A DNA stretch of 64,000 bases, taken from Trypanosoma brucei (taxonomy: Eukaryota). Location: NCBI GenBank assembly GCA_000002445.1, contig CP000070.1:512001-576000 (forward strand). Reading direction: 5' to 3'. Every line of letters begins with the position of its first letter. The stretch's first letter is position 1. The notes under the pieces are model-generated. The model was not told the DNA's origin. It searched no databases and saw only the letters and a program-made list of their open reading frames with translations. Shown piece by piece: positions 31,107 through 43,903 of this stretch. The position numbers and the translations under genes were made by a program.

Positions 31107-34100
31107 CACAAGTTTCCCTCTCACACAACGCTGAGGGTTTCCCTCCTGCCGACAGCGGCAGTTCCGTTGCTACCGTGGCAGGTTTTACCTGCTGAAAGGA
31201 AAGGAGGAAAAAAAAGAAAGAAAGGTGGAAAAATACACATAAAGATGGAAACGATGCGGAGAAGTATGAATGACACAATACACGGGGCGGCTGGATACGC
31301 AGAGATGTACCGTATGTTAAAAGAGATGATGGTGGTATTGATCAACTAAGTCATTTAAACTGCTTCCACGGCATTTTTTTTTTAAAATCGAACCACCATA
31401 AATGAAGTTAATGCGTAACTGTATAAATAGCAAGAATGGGGAATGACCGCGATGGAGAGGCAGTCTACCTCCATATGTAATCCTACTTTATTCCTCGTCC
31501 TCCACTTTGGCTCACAGTCAAACCAAACCTCTGTTTTATAAATTATCATAAAAGAATAATTCCTGTCCGCTCCCTTAACCTGAGAAGTCGAAAGTTCCAG
31601 AGCAGTGCCACATCAGATCGCACACATGATGAAACCTGCTGATACCATATGCTTTCACGGTGTATCACATGTGACTGCACTTATGAACCATTTCCACTAT
31701 TTCTTTTTAATATTCCTATTTCGTACATTTGTGTGGTGTTGCCGTTCACTGAAGTTTATTTCACTTTCCACTTCGTCTTCCTTCCCTCCCATGGAGACAC
31801 TACTTAATGCGTTTTCATGTGCATGAGCTTTTGCTTCTCACATCAAACAGAGAAAAATCCCATTTTTTTTTAATTTGAGGAATAAAGAAGTGATAAGAAA
31901 GGCAAAGAAGAAGAAGAGAAGGTGAAGATGGCAAACATAAAACTACATGTAGTGAAAGAACATCACGAGATACGAGGGTTACGCAAACACACATAAACAC
32001 ACGCACAAAAATAAATAAGTATATAAGTATTGCTGTCAGAGGGAATTAAAAAAAAAACCAGCCAAACAATGATAACATCAGTAATGTGCCAAAAAGCACA
32101 GAAAAAGTAGAAAGAGCATTTTTCCCCCCCTTTTGATTATTTGCGTGCGTGTGTGAGAGATTTTTTAAAAAAAAGGAAGAAAAAGAGGTAAGAAAGGAAG
32201 TGGAGAAGCTAAAGAAATGAAAGCAGCGGCAGCACTAGTGATGGCTGACTAATTGCACACGCATCTAGGCACACACATACACACACATATATATATATAT
32301 GAACACGGAGCAAGGAAAGATGGGAACCATGAGAAAAATTAAAGAAAAATAAAAAGGAAATGCACAGAGATTAGGAGCGAAAGTCAGAGAGAGGCTACAG
32401 CCTTTTCCTTCATAAATAAATATATATATATTTATTTGATTAATGATTTCAACTTATATTTCAGTATTTTTTCTTTCCTCTTTTTTTTTATTTCCCTAAC
32501 CTTCAATTCCCACTCCATCCCTCCCTGTGTGCGCGTGTATTTGTGCTGGGAAAAAGAGAAAGTAAAAAAGAAAAAGAAAGGAGGTTGGGGGAAAATATTA
32601 TTAAATTGAAGTTAGCGGTTCTAACTGAAGGTAAAAGCGAGGAGTAAAAGCATAAAAACTAAACTTGTTGTTGATTCATGAAGTGAATGAAATGACATAA
32701 AACGAAATAATGAATAAACAACGAGGAATGGCACGTCAAAGGCAACAAAGACCGCTGGGCGGTGCAAAGTATAAATATAAATATATAACAATAAGTTTGA
32801 GCCCCGCAAACAGTAAGGGCGGGCAGCAACGACAACAACAACAACAATAATAACAATGGGAGCAACAAAATGAAATAAAAAAAAGTAGTAAAATAAAAAA
32901 AAGAAAAAAGTTGTGTGTGTGGAAGAGTGGTGGATTGGATCACGGGAAATGGAATATGAGATGCATATATATATATTAGAGAAAATTTACAATAAATGAT
33001 GTTTAATGCCATGGACCTAAACCCCTCTTTTCCCTCCCCTTTCCCATGCACGTGAAAATGATTCGTCTTCCGCCATTTGCTTCATGTGACGATATTTTAC
33101 CTCGCTTTTTTGTAAGGTTGTATCCGCACATATTAATAATATAATTATACTAATAATAATAATCAACTTCATGAATTACGCCTTCATCGAATTAAGTTTC
33201 CCCCATTTTCCTCGAAAACAAACCACCTCATCAAAGAACAATAAAAACTGACATCTCTTCTTACTTTATTTCCCTCCATTTCACGCCACTTATGAAAATA
33301 AAAATAAATATAAGCAAGTATAAGAAGAAACATTCACACACAATCTCTTACTTATAATCCTAGTTTTGATTCACAGTATTTTCAATAAATTCTGCCTTTT
33401 TTTCTTTTTCTTACATTTTATTTTTTTCCCCCTCTTGAATGATGATTATCGTTACAGAATTTTCATCATTTATTACTCTCAGTCTTTTTCAACTCGCCGC
33501 TTCAAAAATACTCCGACACACAAAAAAAAAATCCCCTCCGCCGAATTCCTTTAAAGAAGTTAAGAAACACGTCAGTCATTACTGAAAGTTCTGCCGTCCG
33601 TTGCCTTAAAAGCGAAAAAAAAAATCTCTTTTTTGTTTATTTGTATATGTGTTTGAAAACTTAATTGCACTTAACTTACTCTCCTTTTTTTTTATAATAA
33701 TAAAGTAGATTTTCACTTCCGCCACACGTTTCCTTCCATTTCATATACACGAACAAAAACAAAAAGAAAAAAGAACAACAACGAATTTAAATATATGAAG
33801 CCGTCCAGTGGCACTTTGTTCCCCCCCCCATTTATTTCATAAATTTACCCAAAACAATTATTTAAAAATATAATAATTTGCTTTCGTCCGTTTCCAAAAC
33901 GTGAGGCAACTGCCGAACTTATCTCTTCCCCCCTTTTTTACTTTTCTTTTCTTTTGGGTTCTTCTTCTAAACACACTTCCGTATGCGCCTTCTTTTTAAT
34001 TTAATTTTCTTCTTTCTCTCTTTCTTTTCTTTTTTGGTATTCCGTTTTTCCGTGCTTCTGAATCTTCATAAGAATGATATATATATATATAAAGAGAAAG

Positions 34101-36227
34101 AGAAAGAGAAAGAGAAAGAAATACACAGAGAAAAGAAATAAAACGTGATTTTTCTTTTTTTTTAAAAAAAGCGAAAGAAAATAATAAATTCAAAAAGTTC
34201 GCAACAGGCAGTGGCGCGTGTCACGTATTTAAATTTTTGCGACCGCTTCTTTCTATTATTTTCTTTCATTTTATATTCCTTTCATTTGCTCTAACAACTC
34301 CGTTATAAAGTTTATATATATATATTCAACATCATAATTGGCTTTATTCCTCTTCTTTTTTTTTATATGTGAATTTCGTCAATTCTCACAAGTATCTTTT
34401 GCTTTATTAAAGTTATCCGCTTGAACACACACATACATAAATATATATATATATATATATAAATATATATATATATGTATTTGTGTGTGTGAATTTCTAT
34501 ACACTTATTAAAAATTCGTGAAGTGCAATGCGGAAATTAATTTGAAAAAACATTAAATTAAATTGAAAGAATGCAAGGGATGATAATGATGATGAAAGAC
34601 ACGGCAGAAGAAGAAGAAAAGCAAAAGATTTTAAAAAGAGGGCAACACCAAAAAAAAAAAAGAAAGAAAGATAAAGAGAAAGAGAGAGAGAGGAAGAGGG
34701 AGACTGCAGCACTTCCACTTTTTTAAACAAAAAAAAACAGAAAAAAAAACGAACGTCCGGCACCTCCTTTTGAATAAGTGAAGAGGTCAAACACAAAGAC
34801 GCACACGCACACGCACACAACTAAAGTTACGGCTAGTGAAACCTTTTAAAAAGAAAGTAAAGAGTTGTCTGCGCGTGTGAAAGAATGAAATTATGAAGGG
34901 AATTTGTTTCTTATTTCTCTTTTTCATTTAGTCAGTGGGCGGGGAACAAAACATAATAAACAAGACGAAGCGAAATGCACAAGAAGAAACAAATGAAATA
35001 ACAAAGGCAATGACAACCTACAAGTGGAAGAACGAAAGAAACAATAATAATAATAATAGTGATGAAATGAATTTAAAATAAAAACATAACCGATGAACAA
35101 TAAGATGCAGGAAAGATATGATGAGGAAAGCATAAAAGAAAAAAGGAAGAGAATATATATATATATATATATATATTTCTAATAATAATTTATATAAGAA
35201 AGTGTGAAAATTTGTGTGTCTGAGGTGATTGGCGGCGGAAAATGGGATGAAAAACACAAAATTTGTGTTTAATTCTGTTGGCAGTTCTGCCACAATTACA
35301 TCACACATAAATTCCCCTCCATGTCAGTTCTCACACACTTTCACACAAAAATGTGTTTAGGTAAAGCAGAAAAATATCTCTCCCTTTTCTGTTTTCTTCT
35401 TCTTTTTTTAAAAATGCTCTCTTTTGTTTTAGTAAAGGACCTTTTCCCACACGGACAAAACACACACACACACACATTTATTCATCTTCCCTTTTCTTTT
35501 GTTTCATTGTCTTTTCATTCCACCTTTATTCCTTTCTTCTTTTTTTTTTTTCGTTGCTGTCGATTCCTCCCCTCTTCCTCCTTTAAACTCTACCTCAACA
35601 CACACACACAAAAGCTTCCCTTAAAATAAACAAAAAAAAATGATAACATCCGGCCCCAACCGCTCGACCACTTTTTTTCTCTGTTACTTATTTTTTTATT
35701 TTATGCTTATGTTATATACCTATTGGCTTTTTTTTTTTTTTGATCTCTTCTCTTTAATAATAAACTCATGGTTTTTTTTGTCTATCTTCCATTTTAGCAG
35801 CTCTATTGGTACCGCTAGCGCATATTCCTTTACTGATACAATCCAACCGCCTGATTAGTTGACGCGAGTGCTAAAATGCGAGATAAAAGATAAAAAAAGA
35901 AACAACTATTACCTAAACCTTTACTTCTGTAATACATAATAATAATTATATATGTACATATACATACCCCCCCACATATATATATATATATATTATTTAT
36001 ATATACTTCCACATATTTATTTACTTACGTGTGTACAACAATAAACAAATATGTGTTGTATATGTGCGTAGGTAATCGTAGGTAGCTTTATAAGCGTTTT
36101 CTCCACCAAGTGTTTGTGCAACTGAACACATGCTGTTATTTAAAAGTAAAGAAAAAAAAAACAGAAACATTGGAAACAGAAATCATAAAGGGAAGAAGGG
36201 ATAAGATGGGGGAGAAGCTTAACATAA

Positions 36228-37358
36228 TCACTGCCCTAAAGAAGTTGCGCCGTATGGATTGTGTCTCACACTTCCCGTGTTACGGCGAGGTGCATTGGCC
36301 AATGGTCGAAGTAATGGCCCACCAAACATTGAAGCACCAGCGCCCACATTTTCACATACCTGATGATGACTGAAGGATTGACATGTACGAGAAAAACTGT
36401 GTGGATGCTGTTGTTCCATTCCTGGTCCCATGTATGAATTACTGTAGGAAAGGCCATGACCATAATGTACGTGAGTCATGTCACCGTATGGAGGCCAATA
36501 CGGGTAATTGGCAGCAGGAGGACAACTGTTGGCTTGAGGAGGAAAGAAACCAACACCGCCATCATCGGCATAACGCCCTCCTCTTTGAGGGTAACCGCCA
36601 TTACACCAATCAGGCGCATTGGGGTCAAAACTTCGCTTTCTTGAGCACTGCGAATCACGACTGCTGGTGCTTTGCATGAATGGAGGGGAACCAAAAGAAC
36701 TGTTAGGCACTTGTCGTTTCCTTCCACTTCCCAATGGCGAGGCGGAAGCGGAAGTACGCGAGTGATGGAGACCAGATCCCGTGCTTGAGGCGTCCTCTCC
36801 AACAAAAGCTATTTCCCGGCAAATGTGCAGGAAACCGCATTCCTCACCGAAGCGACACAATCCACGCCGGTGCTCACGACACACTTTTTCCCTCGGCAAA
36901 TCCAAAGTACTGTCACCGCGCTCTGCGTACGCACTCCACAGGCAATTTGTTGAATTCATACGGGGAAGAGTAATGGAGGTACCACCAACATTTACTTGTA
37001 AATTCAGCGGAAGTCCACTGGAGGTACACGGGGCGCCATGAAAGAAACAACACGTTGGTTGCTCAAGTGCCTCTTGCCGAAGTTTCTCCACCACTTCCGG
37101 ATTGGCGTGAACTTGAAAACACCGCGAGCCCTGACGGCATCGGCCCTCCATGTAAAGTCTGCAAACACCAGGCACAAGTCCGTCATCATACATGGCATTT
37201 GTTGGCTCTACGGCGGAACCAGGAATGCGTAATTTTGTGCTAAGATGATCGAGAGCATCCACATACGCTGGGGTGACGAAAGGTGAAGCCGTCATGACGT
37301 TGTGCTGAGACCCTAACGAATGAGGGGAATGAGTCACTGTGTTCATTGAGAAGGACAT
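36228..37358 (-). CDS. CCCH-type zinc finger RNA-binding protein (ZC3H family); two C-x8-C-x5-C-x3-H fingers and a Pro/Gly/Tyr-rich C-terminus
   Basis: 376 aa with an ATG start (cat at 37356-37358). Finger 1 VCRLYMEGRCRQGSRCFQVH. Finger 2 VCREHRRGLCRFGEECGFLH. The C-terminal half is low-complexity (PPQANSCPPAANYPYWPPYGDMTHVHYGHGLSYSNSYMGPGMEQQ). Confidence 0.8.
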   Translation of the reverse strand: MSFSMNTVTHSPHSLGSQHNVMTASPFVTPAYVDALDHLSTKLRIPGSAVEPTNAMYDDGLVPGVCRLYMEGRCRQGSRCFQVHANPEVVEKLRQEALEQPTCCFFHGAPCTSSGLPLNLQVNVGGTSITLPRMNSTNCLWSAYAERGDSTLDLPREKVCREHRRGLCRFGEECGFLHICREIAFVGEDASSTGSGLHHSRTSASASPLGSGRKRQVPNSSFGSPPFMQSTSSRDSQCSRKRSFDPNAPDWCNGGYPQRGGRYADDGGVGFFPPQANSCPPAANYPYWPPYGDMTHVHYGHGLSYSNSYMGPGMEQQHPHSFSRTCQSFSHHQVCENVGAGASMFGGPLLRPLANAPRRNTGSVRHNPYGATSLGQ

Positions 37359-39377
37359 GTTTCTTCTTGTTTTCCTGTTGAATGATGATTAGGAGAATAT
37401 CGCTTTCTTCTTTTCTCTCTGTTTTGATTACCTCTCGCCGTGTTAGCTTCACCCCCCTGACTTTTACTGTCGTCTGCCTAACTTTGCCTTTTCTTGGTTT
37501 CTCTCTCTCTCTCTCTTTTTTTTTTTAATATCCTCCTTTTCTTTTTTTTACCGGACGTTTACGTACAATACACCTATATCAGTTGCCTCTAACCTCTGAC
37601 TTGCTGATGTTAAATTACACTGACACCTATTTGAAAAAGTGAACGAAATAAGATAACAATGTTTTGTATAGATTTCTCTCCTTGACCTTTTTCCTTATTT
37701 GTTGGAAAAGCCTACTATTTCTTTGCTCGTGCCTTTCTTATTTGATTCTTTTGTTTAACTTTCGTCCTTACAGTGTTCGGTTTTTTTTTTGGTTCTCTTT
37801 GGTCCTACTTCACCTAACCGTTACGTATATGTAAACTTTTTCTTTGTCTTGCAATGGCTGCTGTTATCTGATTGAAAATAACAGTAACAATTATACGCCC
37901 ACCGATTCCTCCCTTTCCCTTTTCCTGTAATCTTTTTCCTTTCCTTTTTTTTTTTCACCTTGTGAGTAAATGTTTATTTGTATGGACCACAACTTCACTC
38001 CCTGAAGCTGACACACACTCACACAGTGAAAAACAAATACTATAAGAAATAATAATAGTAATATCAAAAATAAACCAAACCCAATCCAATCAAACACAGA
38101 AGTAAAGAAATAGATAGATCAAAAAAAAAAAAGAGTATAGGGATATGGAGAAAAGCTTGTACAGGCACAAACAAACAAACACACGCGTGGAAGTTACTCT
38201 TCCCTTGTTTTTTGTTTTAATTTTTGTTTTTGTTTTTGTTGTCACTTCAATTTTTTTTTTAAAAAGTTTCTCTTTTATATCTCCCCCCCCCACGCGAATG
38301 TGCTTTGATGTTGATGTCTGATGCCCTCACTACGCACTCTCTTCTTTTTTTTTCCTGCTCTTACTCGCTGTTAAAATTCTGTTTATCTTTTGTTGTTGTT
38401 GTTGTTTTTGCCTTGACTAAAAATTCCTATGATAATTTTTATTGTATTATTATTATTATTATTATTGTCCACGCTTCACTACCGAATTTTACAAGAATAA
38501 ACTAACACAAACACAAACACAAGCGAGCGAGCAAACAAACAAACAATCAACCAAAAGGGTAAGAAGTCTAAACGAATGGAAAGCAGTTGCACACAAACAC
38601 AATAAAGTGGCTCTTTAAATCCTCCTCCTTTTCTTTTCTTTTCTTTTTTTTTCCTTTCCTTAATTCTCCTATTGTTGAGTTAAACTTCACCTTTATATAA
38701 AATATGTATGTAAAAAAGAAGAATAATAACAATAATAAAGGAAGTAATGAAGGAAATAACAGAGACGTAGGTGGAAGCAAATGGTAAGGAAAGATCCATT
38801 TCATTGGTTGCATTGATCAGATTCCGTTTAAGTGTGTGTGAGTGTGTGTGAAAGCATTTACAAAAATAAAATAAAAGGGAAGGGGGAAGGAAAGGGGAGG
38901 AAAAAAAAAAGAAGAAAAATCCACACAATGCATTTCCTCAGCGATAAAATCAAAAAAAAATATTGCTAACTTGTCTCCTCCTTCACAAATGCGTGTCTGT
39001 CTATTTCTGTGCTGTTCTCTCCCATATTCCTTTAAAGCGTGATCGAAAAAAACAAAACAATAAAAAAGATGAAGTGCAGTGACTCACAATTAACGAAAGT
39101 AACAAACGAAACAAAGATGAAGAAATTTTTTTTTAAAAAAAGAAAAATGCTGCACGCACAACGACACGAATAGAAAAGGAAAGAAAAGAAAAGGAAAACA
39201 AGCAGCTACAACACATACATGAGAGAAATTGCGTGGTGGAAATACATTTGGCACACTGCTCTCGCATAAAGTCACGGTTCGAATCACACACAAACACACA
39301 AACAATCTCCTTCTATAAATGAAGACAGAATTGCACAAGACTGCCCTCTTAACTAAATCTTTTATTTTCCGTAGGTG

Positions 39378-39406
39378 GTGTGTGTGTGTGTGTGTGTGTG
39401 CGTGTG
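39378..39406. repeat. (GT)n microsatellite
   Basis: gtgtgtgtgtgtgtgtgtgtgcgtgtg. Confidence 0.9.
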
Positions 39407-39647
39407 AAGGCGGGCGAAACGAGAAACGCCTGCCACACCAGCGGAACGCGCGCAGTTACAGTAGTGTAAAAGCATATGTATATATGTTTGTTTATATAAA
39501 TATTGACATAGATGAGGAACAGAGGAAAGAAGAGGAAACGACAAAATAGAAATGCATATGCCGTCTACTCGTCTCCCAAGAAAGCTTCTATGAACTTCCT
39601 CAGTGCGAAGTGCTGAAACTTGTAAGAAACATCATTTGTAACGTATG

Positions 39648-42600
39648 CTACACGCAAACAGGGCGTAATGGTCGGTTCATGTTTTCTGTAAAGGGAATTC
39701 CCTTCTTTCCCGCCACAACATCGGTGATGATGCCTTGGTCACCACCTGTAATGTTGTTGTGTGCGGCTACCACCTTCGTAGCGAGGATGAGAATTCTTTT
39801 ATACTTCTGCCCTAAATTCTGAGGTTTGGGCCCCAACTTCCCCTTCATTACGCGTTTCCACAACCCCTGCAAGATATCCATGAGTTCGGAATCGGCGGTG
39901 ACCATGAAGCAACATTGGACCTGTTGCTGACGCAACCAACGAAGCGGATGGGAACCACCGTCGCGGCCGCTAATGACTGCAGCGCACATGAGTGACATCA
40001 GTGAGACATGACGGTGTAAAGAGAGGCAGCGACTAGGAAGTGTTTTCAGATCCGGAACATCTTTCGAACGTAACCGCTTAATTGTTACAGTCAGTGATTT
40101 TGCAGGCGGTCCCGCGGTTTTACGCCGCGGTGCGCAGAAACCTCCAGACGCCTCAACCGGCTGCTTCAACGCCTCGTCCAATGGGGTGTAAGTGTAACAA
40201 CTACCAGGACGAACAGGGAGTTTACCGCTTTTCAGTTTTCCACATGGCACAAGCACATGACCAACACAGTACGTGGTTGTCTCTCCAGATGCATCCACAA
40301 TGTCATAACACGCTTCCACATAAAGGGAATCCTCAATTGCACCAGTGAAGAAGAGGCGGTCACTACTGCTCTTGCCAAACTTCCACTTAAACCCCCCTTT
40401 GTTTGCTTTCCCCACTGACACAGCTTGAAGAACCTCCGCAGTCATCCATTCCGAATCCTTTGATTTTCGTACACTCACAAGACAATAGCAGCGGGCATTC
40501 TCCGGCACCTTTTCACTGATACGAAGTTTTTCTACTCCAACTTCAAGATAGCATCCCTCCACACCTTTCTGTGTCCAAATGTTGGCGCTCACAGTGGTGT
40601 AAGAGTTGGCAGTAGACATGAGTAAAGTGTTTAGTTCGTCATCTTTATCACCGTTTATCATAAATGGCGCCTTCGGTACAAGGTGTTTGGGCCGTATCGT
40701 ATCGTGGAGGACGGCGTCATCGCCCTCACATAAGTACCGGTCACGTAGATTTGAGTTGTTGGCCAATAACTTCACATATTTTTTTGGATTAAAGACGGAA
40801 CCAAAGGCCAGCTCGTAAAGAAATGACGTGGCATCTGTCACTCCTTTTACCGTTGGGTTCAGCAGTTTTTCGACTAGCGGAGTGTACAAAACACGCAACT
40901 TCATCCCGGTACCCACAGTAACTACCATAATAGCGTGGCACACATATAAAAATGCTTCGATATAACGAAGGAGTTGCACAGCCACCTTCCGTTCAGTGAT
41001 ACCTTTAGCCACAATAAATGATCCAACGAACACGTCACCCGATTCACCATTCCAGTACACTTTGTGATCGCCGTACTTCCACCCCTCTCCGCAGCATCGA
41101 ACAGTGGTTTCATATGTCTGCGGTTGTATCCACCGTTTCTCGCCTTCGGCATCATCTACGATGTTTTCAGTTGCTTCTTGAGGTTGATCCGCGACACAAA
41201 GAAGAATTTGGCCTTGAGAGACCTGAGGCCGCAGAAATATTTTAAATTTCCCAACGGTTTGGGTTACTAAACCACAATACTCAAGGATTTCGAAGGCAAT
41301 GCTTAGTGGGACTTCGCCCGAATAGAACTCGTCATACGCGACGAACATCGACATGACTTTCTCCGTGAGACACCTGCTACCGTAATACTCCAAGATTGTC
41401 CTTGCTTTTTCACGGGGCACCACCGTATCAACATCCTCAAGAATCTTATACCGCTCCTTGGCCTTCTCCACACCAACCGCCCTCAACGCAAACATCAAGC
41501 TTTTCCTAGTGAGATTCCTTGAGGGTATAACTGAGATCGGGGCTTCAACAATATCCGCTGGTGAGTTCGCCTCATCGGATGCAATCCTTTGCGAGTCAGA
41601 TACTTTCCTTTCCTTCAAATCCTTAGCTGCTTCTACTTCGGTGTTCAATACCTTCAGAACTCTGTTGCGTTCCATGGTTTCAACCTGTAACTCGGCAAGT
41701 TGGTCAAGAAACGATGATAAAGTGTCTTCCATTGAGCTGTGCGGAACTATGCAACCTCGTGGCAATGAGTGAAATCGGGGCTCTGCTTCGGACGGGGCGG
41801 CGAGCAAAATTGTTTTGCGTATCCTTGCGGGCGAGGGAATCTCAGTGGACTCCGAACTTGTCACGCCGCCTTCCCCACTGAGTTCGATGCTGTAATCACC
41901 ACTTTTTGAGGCGCTATAACTTTCCGATCCGGTGTAGCCGCTAGTAGTTGGCTTAATTAGTGATGTGGTGGTCTCAACAGTGCTTTTAGAATGCTGTTCG
42001 GCACCTTTCGGTTCTTCTACCGCCTTCTGGGTTTTTGTTGCGCTTTCCGAATAATCATAGGAGTAGTCGTATTCACTGTCGTAATATGAACCTGTATATC
42101 CCAATTCTGAGGAGCTAACCGATACTACGTTAGCATCTTGCTCTGGTTGTGGGGCTTTAACAACGTGTGATGGGGGTAGGGGGTGTTTCACCTCCGGCGA
42201 GCTCACACTGCCGTAAGAATAAGAATAAGAATAACTGTACGAATCATCGTCTTGAACTCTTCCTCTGACAATCGGGCTTGCCGCCGGTGGAGCAGTGTGG
42301 GAGTGTGTTTCTGGCTTCGGGGGCTCCACGGGCCGTGCAGGTGCAGCAGCTTTCACTGTAGTAGTGTAATCTCCCCCAGAGCTGTAACTCTGTCCAGGCA
42401 TCCTCTGTGTGTAGCTATAACTTGAGTAGGAGCCAGTGTAGGAGCCTGAATGCGAACCATATGGTGAATAACTATAATAATCAGAACCACTGCCACTGAA
42501 GTTGTCAATTTTGAGCCCCTCTGTCGAGGTGGCCGGTGCCCGACCGAGCTGAGTCTTTGAAGGCATTTGTTGTGTTCTCGCTGCCTGGTACTTGTGTGCC

Positions 42601-43459
42601 ATCCCAACTGGTTGCTGACTTCCCACACGTGGATGTTGAATATTTGCTGGCGGTTGCGAATGCACGGCGGGTGGTTGCTGATTTCCAACAGGCACCTGTT
42701 GAGCCCATGGAGACACCTGCTGAACTCCCATTTGTAAGTGAGGTTGAGCCATGGGAGGATGCTGATGACCCACAACGGCTTGTTGGTACTTGGCATTTGC
42801 TGGTCGTTGCTGAACACTCGTATGCGTCTGTTGTTGATCCTCTTTTGGAATCTCTGGAGTCCGCAGTGACGGTCGCCGACTTCCTGTTGGTGGCTGCTGC
42901 CGAGATCTTGCAGACATTAACGGATCGTCCCCATGCCGCTGTTGAATATTTGCTGGCGGTTGCGAATGCACGGCGGGTGGTTGCTGATTTCCAACAGGCA
43001 CCTGTTGAGCCCATGGAGACACCTGCTGAACTCCCATTTGTAAGTGAGGTTGAGCCATGGGAGGATGCTGATGACCACTCGTTTGCGACGTTTGTTGGGT
43101 TATGGTTGGCATCTGCATGCTTCCGATAGGTGCTTTCGGTGCACTAATATTTGTTGTGGTTCCTGCCGCGGCGCGTTTCTTTTCACTGTCTAACTGGGCG
43201 GCACCTGCAACGTGACCGGAACGGGCGCTGGCAACGACATTATGCCCCTCATCGGTGGAGTCGCTGTAACTATAGGAATAGCTCGAGTATGATCCGGTGT
43301 AAGACTCCGTTGAAACTCGTGCGGCGCTGTTGCCACGAGGCCCCTGCACACTTTTGGATGGCACTGGTTGCTGAGGTGCAACTGGGGCGCGAGGGGGATG
43401 TTGCGGTGCAAGTGGCTGAACCTGCAGTTGTGGCTGCAGCTGCCCACTTTGGGTGTACG

Positions 43460-43498
<39 letters not shown>

Positions 43499-43760
43499 CT
43501 CTCGCCGGTGGGGGCTGCGTTTTGGTGCCTGACGACTCTATGGTTTGGGAATATGATGACGATTCATTACTATTAGTCCTGCTGGATTGTGTATAAGAGC
43601 CGTAGTAGCTATAGTCGTCCGAATAGTCGCTGTAGCTGTAACTCGAGCTTTCATCTGCCTGTGATGCGCGCTTGTTTCCTGCGGGACCGGGGCGAGTACC
43701 CGCATAGGGAACAACAGTCACATCCCCAAATGTAACACGCGCACGGTTCGTCCGCTCCAT
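39648..43760 (-). CDS. Large low-complexity protein, 1370 aa: Ser/Tyr-rich and Gln-rich N-terminal two-thirds containing an internal duplication and a polyQ tract, followed by a C-terminal globular region of about 600 aa (unknown function)
   Basis: ATG start (cat at 43758-43760). YSYSYSYS/SGSY/DYSY runs. Q12 tract. A 44-aa segment HQHPPMAQPHLQMGVQQVSPWAQQVPVGNQQPPAVHSQPPANIQ occurs twice, 102 aa apart. The C-terminal region (about aa 770-1370) is non-repetitive. Confidence 0.75.
42635..43077. repeat. Perfect 137-bp direct repeat, two copies (42635-42771 and 42941-43077) with a 306-bp period, inside the 1370-aa CDS
   Basis: Both copies read gttgaatatttgctggcggttgcgaatgcacggcgggtggttgctgatttccaacaggcacctgttgagcccatggagacacctgctgaactcccatttgtaagtgaggttgagccatgggaggatgctgatgacc with 100% identity by eye. 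The flanks diverge. Confidence 0.85.
43461..43496. repeat. (TTG)12 on the plus strand, equal to (CAA)12 on the coding strand, encoding Gln12 in the 1370-aa protein
   Basis: ttgttgttgttgttgttgttgttgttgttgttgttg. The protein shows QQQQQQQQQQQQ. Confidence 0.9.
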
Positions 43761-43859
43761 TATTCGGTTTCTATGTTTTCTTTCCTCTCTGTTTCGAATA
43801 CGACTGGTATTGGAAACAGGAACAAGTTATGCAACGTTAATACAGAATCCCCCTGAGTC

Positions 43860-43863
<4 letters not shown>

Positions 43864-43896
<33 letters not shown>
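43864..43896. repeat. (TA)n microsatellite about 100 bp upstream of the 1370-aa gene start
   Basis: tatatatatatatatatatatatatatatatat. Similar (TA)n tracts occur at 47121-47156, 56611-56640, 58851-58880 and 63961-63996. Confidence 0.9.

Positions 43897-43903
<7 letters not shown>

Noticed and set aside
39262-39300. tRNA-like T-loop consensus GGTTCGAATC (aagtcacggttcgaatcacacac), considered as a possible tRNA gene
   Set aside because: No complementary T-stem (cacgg vs cacac), no D-arm (TAGC...GGTA...) and no 7-bp acceptor pairing in the 75 nt upstream on either strand. It is an isolated chance match.
42536-43129. Plus-strand 197-aa ORF with an internal repeated peptide
   Set aside because: It is simply the antisense reading of the 137-bp direct repeats inside the 1370-aa minus-strand gene.
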